From the IMG/VR virus record IMGVR_UViG_3300042905_000668, positions 1 through 62,867 of that record: a DNA stretch of 62,867 nt. One strand, written 5' to 3'. Each line of letters opens with the position of its first letter. Position 1 is the first letter of the stretch. The stretch is from a virus. Lineage: Duplodnaviria; Caudoviricetes. A program made the position numbers and the translations under genes. Of this stretch, positions 7,565 through 16,477 are shown one piece after another. The notes beneath the pieces were generated by a model, which was not told the origin of the DNA, did no database searches, and was given only the letters and a program-made list of their open reading frames with translations.

Positions 7565-8519
7565 TACGGGCCTCCAATTCAAGTTGTGCCTTCACATATT
7601 GCTCTGGCGTTAAACCCAGTTTTCGGGCTAGGTTTACTTGGCTTTGCTTTAGCTTAACCTTATGAGGGGCCGTGCTACGAACTGCCGGGGCGACTACAGT
7701 ACCGGGTCTTGTCCGGGTCTGCTGTCTATTGTCTTCTTGGCTTTCAAATTTCTCTGAAAACCGTTTGCGCATTGTATTGTCCAATTCGCGGTAATACTCA
7801 TCAGAACCAACCTCTACACCATTGTCTCTCAGGTCTTCGTGTAAACCTAGAGCAAAGGCCGTCATACTCCGATCCTGTCCAAACCAGCTATTGCGCTTTT
7901 GCCACGCTACTGCTTTATTGTCCGGTTCAGGTATGTTCGGTGCAGGTTGATACTGCACTTGTTGCTGTTGTACCTGAAATTCTTCCTCTTGTAAAGAGGG
8001 CATACGAAAGTTTTTTACCTGTATGGCTTTCAGGTTGGCCATCTGCAATGCTTGATTGGCCTCCATCATCTTGTCGGAGTCACCTGCCTCATATGCTTCT
8101 TTATAAGCACGTTGAGCAATCTTCAACTCCATATCAGCATTACTCTGAATGGTAGAGACGTACTCTTTTTCACCATTGGTAAGAATGCCTTTGATGCGCT
8201 TATTCTCTTCAAGCAGGCGTTGTGCTAAACCGACAGCTTCTTGCTGTTCGCGCAGGGCAGACTCTTTCTCACGGCGTTCGTCATGCCAAACCTTGCGCAT
8301 TTGCTTGAGTTTGGTTTTTACGTTGTCGTCGTACTGGTCTAGCTCATCCTTCTCTAGTTCTTCAACCAGAGGTTTGGGTAGAGGCTGTCGGCCACGGTCT
8401 TCAGCCGGGGCGTCGTCTTCAATCTCGATTTCAATTTCAGGTTCCGCGTTTTGTGCGGGTTTACCCTTACTTTCAACTTCGTCTGGAAACTTGAATTCTG
8501 TGTCGTCGTCTAAAGGCAT
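7557..8519 (-). CDS. Putative scaffolding protein
   Basis: Acidic N-terminus, long coiled coil, NSWFG motif, C-terminal LARKLGLTPEQY. Confidence 0.75.
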   Translation of the reverse strand: MPLDDDTEFKFPDEVESKGKPAQNAEPEIEIEIEDDAPAEDRGRQPLPKPLVEELEKDELDQYDDNVKTKLKQMRKVWHDERREKESALREQQEAVGLAQRLLEENKRIKGILTNGEKEYVSTIQSNADMELKIAQRAYKEAYEAGDSDKMMEANQALQMANLKAIQVKNFRMPSLQEEEFQVQQQQVQYQPAPNIPEPDNKAVAWQKRNSWFGQDRSMTAFALGLHEDLRDNGVEVGSDEYYRELDNTMRKRFSEKFESQEDNRQQTRTRPGTVVAPAVRSTAPHKVKLKQSQVNLARKLGLTPEQYVKAQLELEARNG

Positions 8520-8531
8520 TTTGTGCTCCTT

Positions 8532-8960
8532 TTATTTACGTTTGATACCACGGGGATCGTCTACGACGGCCTCGACAGTATCGTCATTGATGATGCGGAA
8601 CTCACGGCCATGTATGACCAAGCGAGAACCTGAGTGTGGACGCACGAGGACAAAATCCCCGGGTTTACACCACGGCCCAGTAGGGAACTTAGATGGGTCT
8701 TGATAGCAGTCTGGCCCCATATCAACAACAAATAAGACCGTTGTGAGGGTCTCCTCGTTGCGCATGGTTTCATCAGCTTTGATAATACCAATCTCACTGT
8801 CCTCAAACTCTTTCTCTGCCTCTGGAATTGCACAAAGGATTCGGTAGCCAGATGGCCTTGGTAATTGCTTACCTTTTTCCTCCATTGATGATTGCCAGTT
8901 ATAGGTTCCCACGACTTGTGGGTTATTGGCGTCTGTAGCCAATAGGATGGAACTAGTCAT
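8532..8960 (-). CDS. groES: GroES/Cpn10-like co-chaperonin
   Basis: PSGYRIL...GIIKADET...VVDMGPDCY...KPGDFV...G-EFRIINDDTVEAVV matches the Cpn10 pattern. Confidence 0.8.
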   Translation of the reverse strand: MTSSILLATDANNPQVVGTYNWQSSMEEKGKQLPRPSGYRILCAIPEAEKEFEDSEIGIIKADETMRNEETLTTVLFVVDMGPDCYQDPSKFPTGPWCKPGDFVLVRPHSGSRLVIHGREFRIINDDTVEAVVDDPRGIKRK

Positions 8961-9144
8961 CCGAAGTCTCCAATCGTTGTTTCAGGTCTAGGGTGTATCC
9001 CCGCATGATGAGCAGACCACGAATCTCACCACACAGTTTCTTGTAATCCTCAAAGGACTCGGCCTTGCCCTCGGCCAAGTAGTCCTTGAGTTGGTCAATC
9101 TTCTCATCCGCTTGTTGGATGAGAACTTCAAATGCGTTCATCAT
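8953..9144 (-). CDS. Small helical head-module protein
   Basis: DYKKLCGEIRGL motif; ATGA overlap with the portal stop. Confidence 0.75.
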   Translation of the reverse strand: MMNAFEVLIQQADEKIDQLKDYLAEGKAESFEDYKKLCGEIRGLLIMRGYTLDLKQRLETSDD

Positions 9145-11666
9145 TCACCTTTAGGTTGTCTTTGTCTCATTTGGATACGCTCCTGCATTGCCCGCAGTTG
9201 CTCTTCTGCACTCTTGTTAGAAAGTTGTTTGAGAACATCAACACTCATGTCCATCATGTGGCGCTGCTTGTCTTCTTGCATCTGCGCGGCCATCTTCACT
9301 GCGTCCATCTTGATGCGTTTGTCATCAGTGGCTTGCTGTGTCTGGATGCGGTCACGCTCGACTTGCAACTGCGCTGCTTTGATGGCGTTGTCGGCTTGGT
9401 CTTTAGCAGCTTTACGCTGGTTCTCTTGCGCCTTGAGTTGCAACTCTTGCATTTGCATTTGCACGATGGGGTCTTGCGCTTGTTGTTGCGCTTGGGCCTG
9501 CTGTGCTTCCTGCTGATTCTTCTGGAGCAACTGCTGCGCGGCTTGCGCCAACATCGGAGACAGACGTGCTTCCACTTCTGGAGACATCTGAACTTCTTCA
9601 CCAGACTCATCTATCTGTGGTGGCAACTGCATACCAAGCGTCTGCTCAATCTGCTTGCGATACTCAAAGCCCAAGTGCTCGTTGATGTGAGCCATCATGG
9701 CTTGCTGCATCTGCTGCGCCATCGGGTTCTGTTGCAAGAGTGCCTGAATCTTGGGGTCTTGCATCGCTGACATGTGCACAACAATGTGAGCCTGATGATC
9801 TTGCGACAGGAACGCTTTGACCGGCTTGCCTTTGAGCACGTTCTGGTTCTCTGACACTGGGTCAGTCGGCTTCTGGTCATCGTCCATCGGCACGAGCTTG
9901 TTACCATCTTTGATACCCAACACTTCTAACATCTGACGATGCAGGAGTGGCAAGTTGTAGAGTTGCGGTGCACCTTGAGCAAGCTGGAGAACAGCTTGAT
10001 ACTGCACAATCTTCTGCGCCATTGTTGACGCATTAGGATCACTGACTGGTATGACATCCACATCGTCGTAGTCAGACTTCTTGGCTTTGCGACTGCCTTC
10101 GCTTGGCTGGTAGTCGTAGTCGTCTGGTGTGTACTCAGCAATGATGTGCTTCAAGAGACCCAACTCTTGCTTCATCGAGTAGTGAACACGTGCCTGAATG
10201 GCAGACATGTTCTTCAACGTACGTTCAAGAATTGCAAGGGTAGTACCCACAGGCGCTTGCGCACTCATGTCACTCAGTGTCAAGTCCGCTGTGTTAGCAA
10301 AACGTCTGCCTTCTTCAACGATCTGACCAAGCAAGGCCATCAGTGTCTGGCTAGGCTCTTTGTACGGCAGGGGCAATAAGTTGTCTTTCAGTGTGCCGCT
10401 TGCCACATCCGCATCGCGCCATTCACCCGGAGCAATCGGTGTGTCGTCTCCCTTGACACGCATGCCGCGAGTCTTGAAGCCGCCGGGCAGGTTACTTAAA
10501 GTACCAGCATCGACAAGCTGACGAATAAGAGAAGTGCCTGACTTAGCAAAAGCCCCAATGAGGTGAATGAGGCCAAAGCAGTAAAAACCAAATCCCGGAA
10601 CGTAACCATAATGGACAAAGTGTTGTCGTTTTGTGTAGGTCTCATCATCTGGCTCCCAGTTACGGCGAATGGCCAGCACGTTGCTGGTTCCCTTTTCAAT
10701 AGTGACAACGTACGGCAGTGCGATGCCAGTCTTCTCACCCTTCTTGTCTTTGTGCTCATAGCCTTCTAAGTCAAGGTCTACGTTCATCTCCAAGAGTTTG
10801 AAGCGATCATCGGCAGTGGCTCTAAAGCCCATCTTCTCTGCGATCTTCTTCTCAACTTCGTCGAGCACGTTGTCAGGTGTGCCTAAGTCCACGTCCATGT
10901 AGAACCCTGCAACCTGCAACTTGCGCAACTCATTCTCGGTCTTACGCATCACATGAGTAATACGTGGAGAAGACTCTAAGTTAGACGCGCCGTAAGGCAC
11001 AACGATGTCTTCCGCAGGAACAAAGAACGACACCTGACGATCAAGCGATGGGTCAAAGTACACCTTCTTGAACGCGTTACCAGACAGACCCAAGCCCCAC
11101 AACATGCGCTCATGCTCTGGCCTGTATTCTTTCATCACATCAGTTAACTGATAGTTCATATCGTCTGCTACGCGCTGTGCAGACTCTTTCTTAGCAGGTG
11201 TTTCTTTGCCAATGATCTGGGTCTTGACTGGCCCAGCGGCAGGAAACGTTGCCATCATTGTCTCTGACTGAAACTTCACCAGAGCTTCAGATAACATGGG
11301 GTGGAACACACCACACGCACCTTCCCAAGGTTCTGTGCGTTCTTCAATCTTCATGCCCAACAACTCTAGGCCATCAACGTAAGTCTGCATCCAATCTTTG
11401 CGACTGGCCACGTCTTCGTCATAGTCACTGATCAATTCTTCAGCGAGACTTTGCAAAACATCTTCGCCAATGAACTCAGCCAAGTTGGCATTAAAGTCAT
11501 GTTCTGAATCTTTGTCAGGCTCGATCTCAATCTCCATATCACCCATGCCAATGGTTACGGACTCAGGGTCTTCGATCTCAATCTCAATTTGAGGAGATGA
11601 TTGATCCATCGCGGCCAGTTCTTCCAAGCCTTGTGGCGCTGCATATAGTGACTTCTCAATAGCCAT
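9141..11666 (-). CDS. Portal protein (P22-like, with Gln-rich C-terminal barrel)
   Basis: 841 aa immediately after TerL; HPMLSEA, GNAFKKVYFD, LVDAGTLSNLPGG motifs. Confidence 0.9.
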   Translation of the reverse strand: MAIEKSLYAAPQGLEELAAMDQSSPQIEIEIEDPESVTIGMGDMEIEIEPDKDSEHDFNANLAEFIGEDVLQSLAEELISDYDEDVASRKDWMQTYVDGLELLGMKIEERTEPWEGACGVFHPMLSEALVKFQSETMMATFPAAGPVKTQIIGKETPAKKESAQRVADDMNYQLTDVMKEYRPEHERMLWGLGLSGNAFKKVYFDPSLDRQVSFFVPAEDIVVPYGASNLESSPRITHVMRKTENELRKLQVAGFYMDVDLGTPDNVLDEVEKKIAEKMGFRATADDRFKLLEMNVDLDLEGYEHKDKKGEKTGIALPYVVTIEKGTSNVLAIRRNWEPDDETYTKRQHFVHYGYVPGFGFYCFGLIHLIGAFAKSGTSLIRQLVDAGTLSNLPGGFKTRGMRVKGDDTPIAPGEWRDADVASGTLKDNLLPLPYKEPSQTLMALLGQIVEEGRRFANTADLTLSDMSAQAPVGTTLAILERTLKNMSAIQARVHYSMKQELGLLKHIIAEYTPDDYDYQPSEGSRKAKKSDYDDVDVIPVSDPNASTMAQKIVQYQAVLQLAQGAPQLYNLPLLHRQMLEVLGIKDGNKLVPMDDDQKPTDPVSENQNVLKGKPVKAFLSQDHQAHIVVHMSAMQDPKIQALLQQNPMAQQMQQAMMAHINEHLGFEYRKQIEQTLGMQLPPQIDESGEEVQMSPEVEARLSPMLAQAAQQLLQKNQQEAQQAQAQQQAQDPIVQMQMQELQLKAQENQRKAAKDQADNAIKAAQLQVERDRIQTQQATDDKRIKMDAVKMAAQMQEDKQRHMMDMSVDVLKQLSNKSAEEQLRAMQERIQMRQRQPKGE

Positions 11667-11675
11667 GTTTCATCC

Positions 11676-13235
11676 TTAGTAGTACGGTTCTTTCCTGCGG
11701 AAAGACTTCGGTTCATCTTCCTCATCAGACGCCAATTGAATAAAGCCACCGCGCCTGTAACGCAGTAATGCCTGAGTCATTGAGTCCACCAAGTCATCAT
11801 GTTCACCTGACGGGAACGATGCGACCTCTTCAACCAATTCTTCTGCCCAGTGCGTATTAGGCACCCAAACGTGGCCGGATGCAAACATATCAGCCACCGC
11901 ATTTAGCCGCGCAATTTTATCGTTACCTTTGCTTGGTGTGAACTCCTGCACCGGGATTCCCATCGCCCGCAGTTCAAAAATCAGGGGAGATCCCGCCGCC
12001 TTGGCCTCAACAATCAGTGAGTCCACTTCCCATTCTTTGTATTCTTCAAACGCCCGCTGTTTGAGTTCTGGAAACTCCATGCGTTTCTTGAACGCATTGA
12101 GCAATATGATATTTGCCCGGTTTACACCCAGATCATCGTCTTGATAGAACACACCCCATGTCGTGCATGCTGAATAGTCAGCCCGTTCTGTCTTTAAGAA
12201 CGCCGTATCCCACGACTGAATGATGAATTCACAGCTTGGGGGGCTGTCATGCTCCCAAATCTTCCACCATTCCCGCTTTACGATGGCAGACACGTCCGAT
12301 GTGGGCGACTGCATGTACTGCGCTTGCCATTTGGCGTTGGGAAGTTCTTCTTTGAGGGCTGACAACTCCTTAAGTGACCAAAACTCAGGCCATAAGGGTT
12401 TACCCGAAGGCAAAATAGCCGGAAACTCAATCACTTCCCACTCTTCGCCCGACCTTTGGGCCGCAGCTTTGATCACTTGACCCGTTAAGTCTCGTTTAGA
12501 CCACCTAGTCATCACCATCACGATAGAGCCACCCGGCTGGAGACGTTGACGAGGGCCAGATGTGTACCACTCATACGTCTTATCGTAGATTTCTGGGTTG
12601 GACTGGGCCATCGCGGCCTCTTGCTCCGAGTGCGGGTCGTCAATAATCAGAATATCCGCACCTTTACCGGTCACAGCACCGCCAATACCGATAGCAAAGT
12701 ACTCTCCGCCAAAGTTTGTTGCCCATCGACCCGCCGCTTTAGAGTCAGACTGCAAGTCTAGGGCCGGAAATATCCGCTTATAGTTAGCAGAGTCCACCAA
12801 GTTACGGACTTTTCGGCCAAAACCCACCGCCAACTCGGCAGTGTGGCTGGTCTGGATGATCTTTTTACCCGGAAACTTGCCAAAAAACCACGCTGGTAGC
12901 AGGTAACTGGCAAATTCTGACTTGGTATGTCGTGGCGGCATGTTAATGATGAGTCTTTTGCACTCACCCCGAGCCACCCGCTCAAATGCTCGGGCCATTT
13001 TCTCGTGATGCCGACCGTGGATAAAGTTAGGCCACATCTCCCTGATGAACACCATGAAGTCATCAGACGCAAGGGTACGCAACTTGCGGGTATTTAGCTC
13101 ATCCAGAATTTCTGCAATGGCTTCTTGCTCGTCTTTGGGGAATTTCTTGAGCAGCATCTGCTGCTGACCATACGGCAAGGTCTGGAGTTTCTCCAGCACC
13201 AATTCAAGTTTCGTCTTTTCGGCAACTTCAGTCAT
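11676..13235 (-). CDS. terL: Terminase large subunit
   Basis: Walker A PPRHTKS, Walker B ILIIDD, MTRW coupling motif, nuclease SWDTA and HDDLVDS. Confidence 0.95.
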   Translation of the reverse strand: MTEVAEKTKLELVLEKLQTLPYGQQQMLLKKFPKDEQEAIAEILDELNTRKLRTLASDDFMVFIREMWPNFIHGRHHEKMARAFERVARGECKRLIINMPPRHTKSEFASYLLPAWFFGKFPGKKIIQTSHTAELAVGFGRKVRNLVDSANYKRIFPALDLQSDSKAAGRWATNFGGEYFAIGIGGAVTGKGADILIIDDPHSEQEAAMAQSNPEIYDKTYEWYTSGPRQRLQPGGSIVMVMTRWSKRDLTGQVIKAAAQRSGEEWEVIEFPAILPSGKPLWPEFWSLKELSALKEELPNAKWQAQYMQSPTSDVSAIVKREWWKIWEHDSPPSCEFIIQSWDTAFLKTERADYSACTTWGVFYQDDDLGVNRANIILLNAFKKRMEFPELKQRAFEEYKEWEVDSLIVEAKAAGSPLIFELRAMGIPVQEFTPSKGNDKIARLNAVADMFASGHVWVPNTHWAEELVEEVASFPSGEHDDLVDSMTQALLRYRRGGFIQLASDEEDEPKSFRRKEPYY

Positions 13236-13848
13236 CGGTCTCGTCCAACTCTTTGCCGGTCATACCAAGTTCTTCATCCAGATCAATCACTTGCACCGCA
13301 GGTGCGCCGTTCAAGTACTTCTCTTCTGTTGGTTGTAGTTGCTTGGCTTCTACATCAATGATGCCGTCCATATAAGAAGACAGCTTGGTCGCCAGTTCAG
13401 CCTGTAACTCTTCAGTGGTGCGGTGCGTGACGTTGATCTCCATGCGTTCTACAAACGCACCTACATCACTCATCTTACCAAGAAGTTCTAACGCCTTTAA
13501 CTGGGTGGACTCTTTGTCCGAACCTGTCAGCATGAGAAGCCGCATCTTCACGTAGTTTCTAACCTGCGCCGCATTACGCACGACCTCAACGTCGTACTCA
13601 TTCAACATGGCCTTCAATAAAACAGCGGCTGCTGTAGTAAGTTCTTTGCCCGCAGTCGGAGACTCAAAGAATTGAGCGTGAGCTTCTTTCTTGTCTGCCG
13701 TTGTGATAGCGGGTACTTGCATTCCGTTAGCCGTCAGAAATTCGACGGTGTTGAATGCAGCTTGCGCTCGTGCATGCAAGTCTTTGGCCTCCTCGGTAGT
13801 TAGCGAGAAAGGCAGGGGGACATCTAGTTCTGGTGTAACAAGAATCAT
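13228..13848 (-). CDS. terS: Probable terminase small subunit
   Basis: Directly upstream of TerL; QLKALELLGKMSDVGAF oligomerisation-like motif. Confidence 0.7.
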   Translation of the reverse strand: MILVTPELDVPLPFSLTTEEAKDLHARAQAAFNTVEFLTANGMQVPAITTADKKEAHAQFFESPTAGKELTTAAAVLLKAMLNEYDVEVVRNAAQVRNYVKMRLLMLTGSDKESTQLKALELLGKMSDVGAFVERMEINVTHRTTEELQAELATKLSSYMDGIIDVEAKQLQPTEEKYLNGAPAVQVIDLDEELGMTGKELDETDD

Positions 13849-13998
13849 GGGTAGCGGTTTGTGGCTCCAATTTGTGCGGAGTGTACACGCTTTTAAAAAA
13901 ATAATATAGGGGGGTGGGGTTTGTGATTAAAAAAGGTGACGGGGGGTGTTCCCCCAAAATGGGGGAAGTATGCAGAGTAAAAGTTGCGTAGGGGGTAC

Positions 13999-14106
13999 CC
14001 TACAAGATGTTGTGGTGTTGTCATGACAAGCGTACGTTGGCCCGGGTTTGAAAACTATACCGGTAAATGCCGGACACTCTATAAGATGTTGTAGTGTTGT
14101 AACTGA
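13999..14106. repeat. Repeated CTA(C/T)AAGATGTTG motif (14000, 14079; third copy at 15086)
   Basis: Near-identical 13-27 nt direct repeats; reverse complement resembles an NrdR box. Confidence 0.6.
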
Positions 14107-14232
14107 AAATTTGGTGGCCACCGGATCGTTTCTTCGCACGGTTTAGATTGGCGGCTGTGATCTTTTGAGTAAAACACAGTGTATATACGCGCCACAGACA
14201 AGCCGCCCAATCTAGGGGGTGCCCCCTCCCAA

Positions 14233-14249
14233 TTTCCCACAGTGGGAAA
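14233..14249. promoter_or_regulatory. Palindrome TTCCCAC-N-GTGGGAA, copy 1
   Basis: TTTCCCACAGTGGGAAA. Confidence 0.8.
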
Positions 14250-14380
14250 ATCAATGCCCCGCCCTTGTAAATTTAGCCCTATCCCGTGCAAGCTATAACG
14301 TTTTATGGTGTAATACATTCATGGATCGAGAAGGTGCACTCGATACATACTCTTATTAACTTGCACTGATGAAAGTCTAT

Positions 14381-14890
14381 ATGACAAAACTCTCTTACGC
14401 GGCACAAGCCGCATCCGTTGCCACTGACTTAGTGGAAGCCAAAAAACACGATGATGCATCCGCATCATGCCGTGAAAGCGCAAATAAGCGCATTGCCGTC
14501 CTACACAAGGATAAGGTTGTTGTAGGACGCTACAGCAAAGACGGCACCGGATGCTCTACGGCAACGTCATTCGTTGATACGTTGACACAAGCCGGTTGGG
14601 CTAAAAAGACGGCTCAAAACTATTTGAGTCTTTTCAGGGAAGCCGTGAAAACCGGTAAGCCGGTGACTGACTGGGGCGGCACGAAAGCCGGAGGACGGCA
14701 AGCCGCCGCCGGTGCAAAGGGCGCGAAGGGCAAAAAAGAGTTTGCCGATAAGTTGGCAACATGTTTTCGTGATGCTGAATTCGAAGGGTTTTTAAATGAC
14801 CTCGAAGCATCTTTTCAAGATGATGAAATTGAAACCCTGATGGATGGTGTTAAATCCTACCTCGAAGCATCCGGCGTCAAGATCGACTGA
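14381..14890 (+). CDS. Early hypothetical protein (first gene of the + arm)
   Basis: Open ORF with GAAAG leader, followed by its own terminator. Confidence 0.8.
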   Translation: MTKLSYAAQAASVATDLVEAKKHDDASASCRESANKRIAVLHKDKVVVGRYSKDGTGCSTATSFVDTLTQAGWAKKTAQNYLSLFREAVKTGKPVTDWGGTKAGGRQAAAGAKGAKGKKEFADKLATCFRDAEFEGFLNDLEASFQDDEIETLMDGVKSYLEASGVKID

Positions 14891-14899
14891 TGCAACCCC

Positions 14900-14934
14900 A
14901 AAACCCCTGACCGAAAGGTTGGGGGTTTTTTTTT
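14900..14934 (+). terminator. Rho-independent terminator
   Basis: CCCCTGACC-GAAA-GGTTGGGGG followed by T9. Confidence 0.9.
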
Positions 14935-14998
14935 CGCCCAAAATTCCCCAATGAATACTTTTCCATTACCCTCATGCTTTTCCACGTGGAAAAGTTTT

Positions 14999-15178
14999 GA
15001 TAACTGTTCCCTCGATGCGGGCCGTAAGACGCGCAATCTAATCATCCTACAAACAAGTTGCCACGTGTTTTATTTTTCAATCACACTACAAGATGTTGGC
15101 TGTGTGTTTTCTATCCTATTTCCCACAGTGGGAAATAGTAACAACTTATACCGATAACTGTTCCCTCGATGCGGGCCG
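14999..15178 (+). repeat. 26-bp exact direct repeat GATAACTGTTCCCTCGATGCGGGCCG (14999-15024, 15153-15178)
   Basis: Read directly from the sequence. Confidence 0.9.
15116..15138. promoter_or_regulatory. Palindrome copy 2 (11-bp arms)
   Basis: CTATTTCCCAC-A-GTGGGAAATAG. Confidence 0.8.
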
Positions 15179-15222
15179 CATTGACGCATACTGCGTTATG
15201 CCTCTTCCCACTGGTTGGAACG

Positions 15223-15241
15223 TTTTCCCACTGTGGGAAAA
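15223..15241. promoter_or_regulatory. Palindrome copy 3
   Basis: TTTTCCCAC-T-GTGGGAAAA. Confidence 0.8.
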
Positions 15242-15270
15242 GTAAAGATGGTACAACGCAGTACTGCATA

Positions 15271-15598
15271 GCGTTTTATTCAATTATGCAAGAAAGTTCT
15301 GTGGCAACAGAATAATATAAACCTCAATCAAATCAAGCACTTGCAGTGGGTTTTCCCCCTATTATTCTATTATTCTCTAAAAATATATATATGAAGAGAC
15401 AATTTCAAAAACTACCAACTCTCCCCCATTTTTCTTTCTCTCACGTGATCTCTCACGCTCTTTCTCTTGTTTCTCTCTTATCTCGCAAATCAACAGAATA
15501 TTAGAACATTACCCCAAAACTCCCCCGCAACCCGCATCAGTACTGGCTTTGCTTTATTCCACGCTCACAGAACTTTGTTGCTTAATTGAATAAAACGC
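15271..15598. other. Putative replication origin: 33-bp inverted repeat around an AT/pyrimidine-rich core with an IHF-consensus site
   Basis: 15271-15303 vs 15566-15598 differ at 2 positions; AATCAAGCACTTG at 15331-15343 fits WATCAANNNNTTR; AGAATA/TATTCT short repeats. Confidence 0.6.
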
Positions 15599-15632
15599 CA
15601 TACAGCAAGCACATATAACACACAGTAACAGC

Positions 15633-15661
15633 TTGACAACGGAGACTCTTTGTGTTAAAGT
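15633..15661 (+). promoter_or_regulatory. Sigma70 promoter TTGACA-N17-TAAAGT (extended -10)
   Basis: Consensus -35, 17-nt spacer, TGn before the -10. Confidence 0.75.
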
Positions 15662-15704
15662 AGAGGCTCAACACGTGAAAACATGTTGTAACGAAGTAGG
15701 GCAA

Positions 15705-15721
15705 TTTCCCACGGTGGGAAA
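15705..15721. promoter_or_regulatory. Palindrome copy 4 (5' UTR of 15746 gene)
   Basis: TTTCCCAC-G-GTGGGAAA. Confidence 0.8.
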
Positions 15722-15745
15722 ACCCAATTAACCAAAGGAATCATC

Positions 15746-16102
15746 ATGACGAAAGCAAGAGTAAGTAACCGTGAAACACGTGACTACATCAAGAACCTGA
15801 AAGAGTTCAAGGCCAACAACATTTGGTCTGAGTGGTTGCGTGACGAGAACACCGACACCAACGATGCCCGTTACGTGGTCTATTCATACGACCGCCACTG
15901 GCCACTGTTTATCTACGAGGTCAAGACCGACATGTGGTTTGAGAACGCCAGTAAGTACAGCGTCACCACATCCAAGCACAAGACGCAAAGTCACCCACAT
16001 ACTGCCACGACCATGCTACACGTAGACGACATGATCAAAGTCAAGAACAATGGCGTAGTTGGCATGATCACACCCTTAACTTGGAGAGAGGTAACAGTAT
16101 GA
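15746..16102 (+). CDS. Early hypothetical protein
   Basis: YVVYSY...HWPLF...KYSVTTSKH motif of a common phage early family; AAGGA RBS. Confidence 0.8.
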   Translation: MTKARVSNRETRDYIKNLKEFKANNIWSEWLRDENTDTNDARYVVYSYDRHWPLFIYEVKTDMWFENASKYSVTTSKHKTQSHPHTATTMLHVDDMIKVKNNGVVGMITPLTWREVTV

Positions 16103-16272
16103 AATACCGAGGAACATTAGTTGTGTCTTACACCCAACAAATAGAAGTTGATGCCGAGACGCAAGCCGAAGCTGAAGACTTGATGCGAGAAGCATTTGAC
16201 CCAACACGTTGCTACAACACCGCCGAGTGCCAAGCATACGATGTAGAAGAAATTAAAGGGGAAGCAAAATGA
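16099..16272 (+). CDS. Small early protein (IEVDAETQAEAE motif)
   Basis: ATGA overlap; GGAGAGAGG RBS. Confidence 0.75.
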   Translation: MKYRGTLVVSYTQQIEVDAETQAEAEDLMREAFDPTRCYNTAECQAYDVEEIKGEAK

Positions 16273-16358
16273 CACGTGGAGAAAAGTTTGAGCGGGTAGT
16301 GTTCTTACTCTGCGTCATCGTACTGCTACTTGATCTCTTGTACTGGAGACCGGATTGA
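16269..16358 (+). CDS. 29-aa single-pass membrane peptide (not in ORF track)
   Basis: MTRGEKFERVVFLLCVIVLLLDLLYWRPD; ATGA overlap with upstream gene. Confidence 0.65.
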   Translation: MTRGEKFERVVFLLCVIVLLLDLLYWRPD

Positions 16359-16369
16359 TCGGCCACTAT

Positions 16370-16398
16370 TTGACACTCACCTGTCAACCTGTTATAGT
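16370..16398 (+). promoter_or_regulatory. Sigma70 promoter TTGACA-N17-TATAGT
   Basis: Near-consensus elements; the -35 is part of a TTGACA-N6-TGTCAA palindrome. Confidence 0.8.
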
Positions 16399-16435
16399 TA
16401 AGTCTGTGTTAGTTAAATGTGTAAGCAGATGTAAC

Positions 16436-16450
16436 TTCCCACTGTGGGAA
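16436..16450. promoter_or_regulatory. Palindrome copy 5
   Basis: TTCCCAC-T-GTGGGAA. Confidence 0.8.
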
Positions 16451-16477
16451 AACATCAACAACTGAAAGGTAATCATC

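Noticed and set aside
13849-14368. Short ORFs in the divergent control region
   Set aside because: No RBS, atypical composition, overlap with repeats; treated as non-coding.
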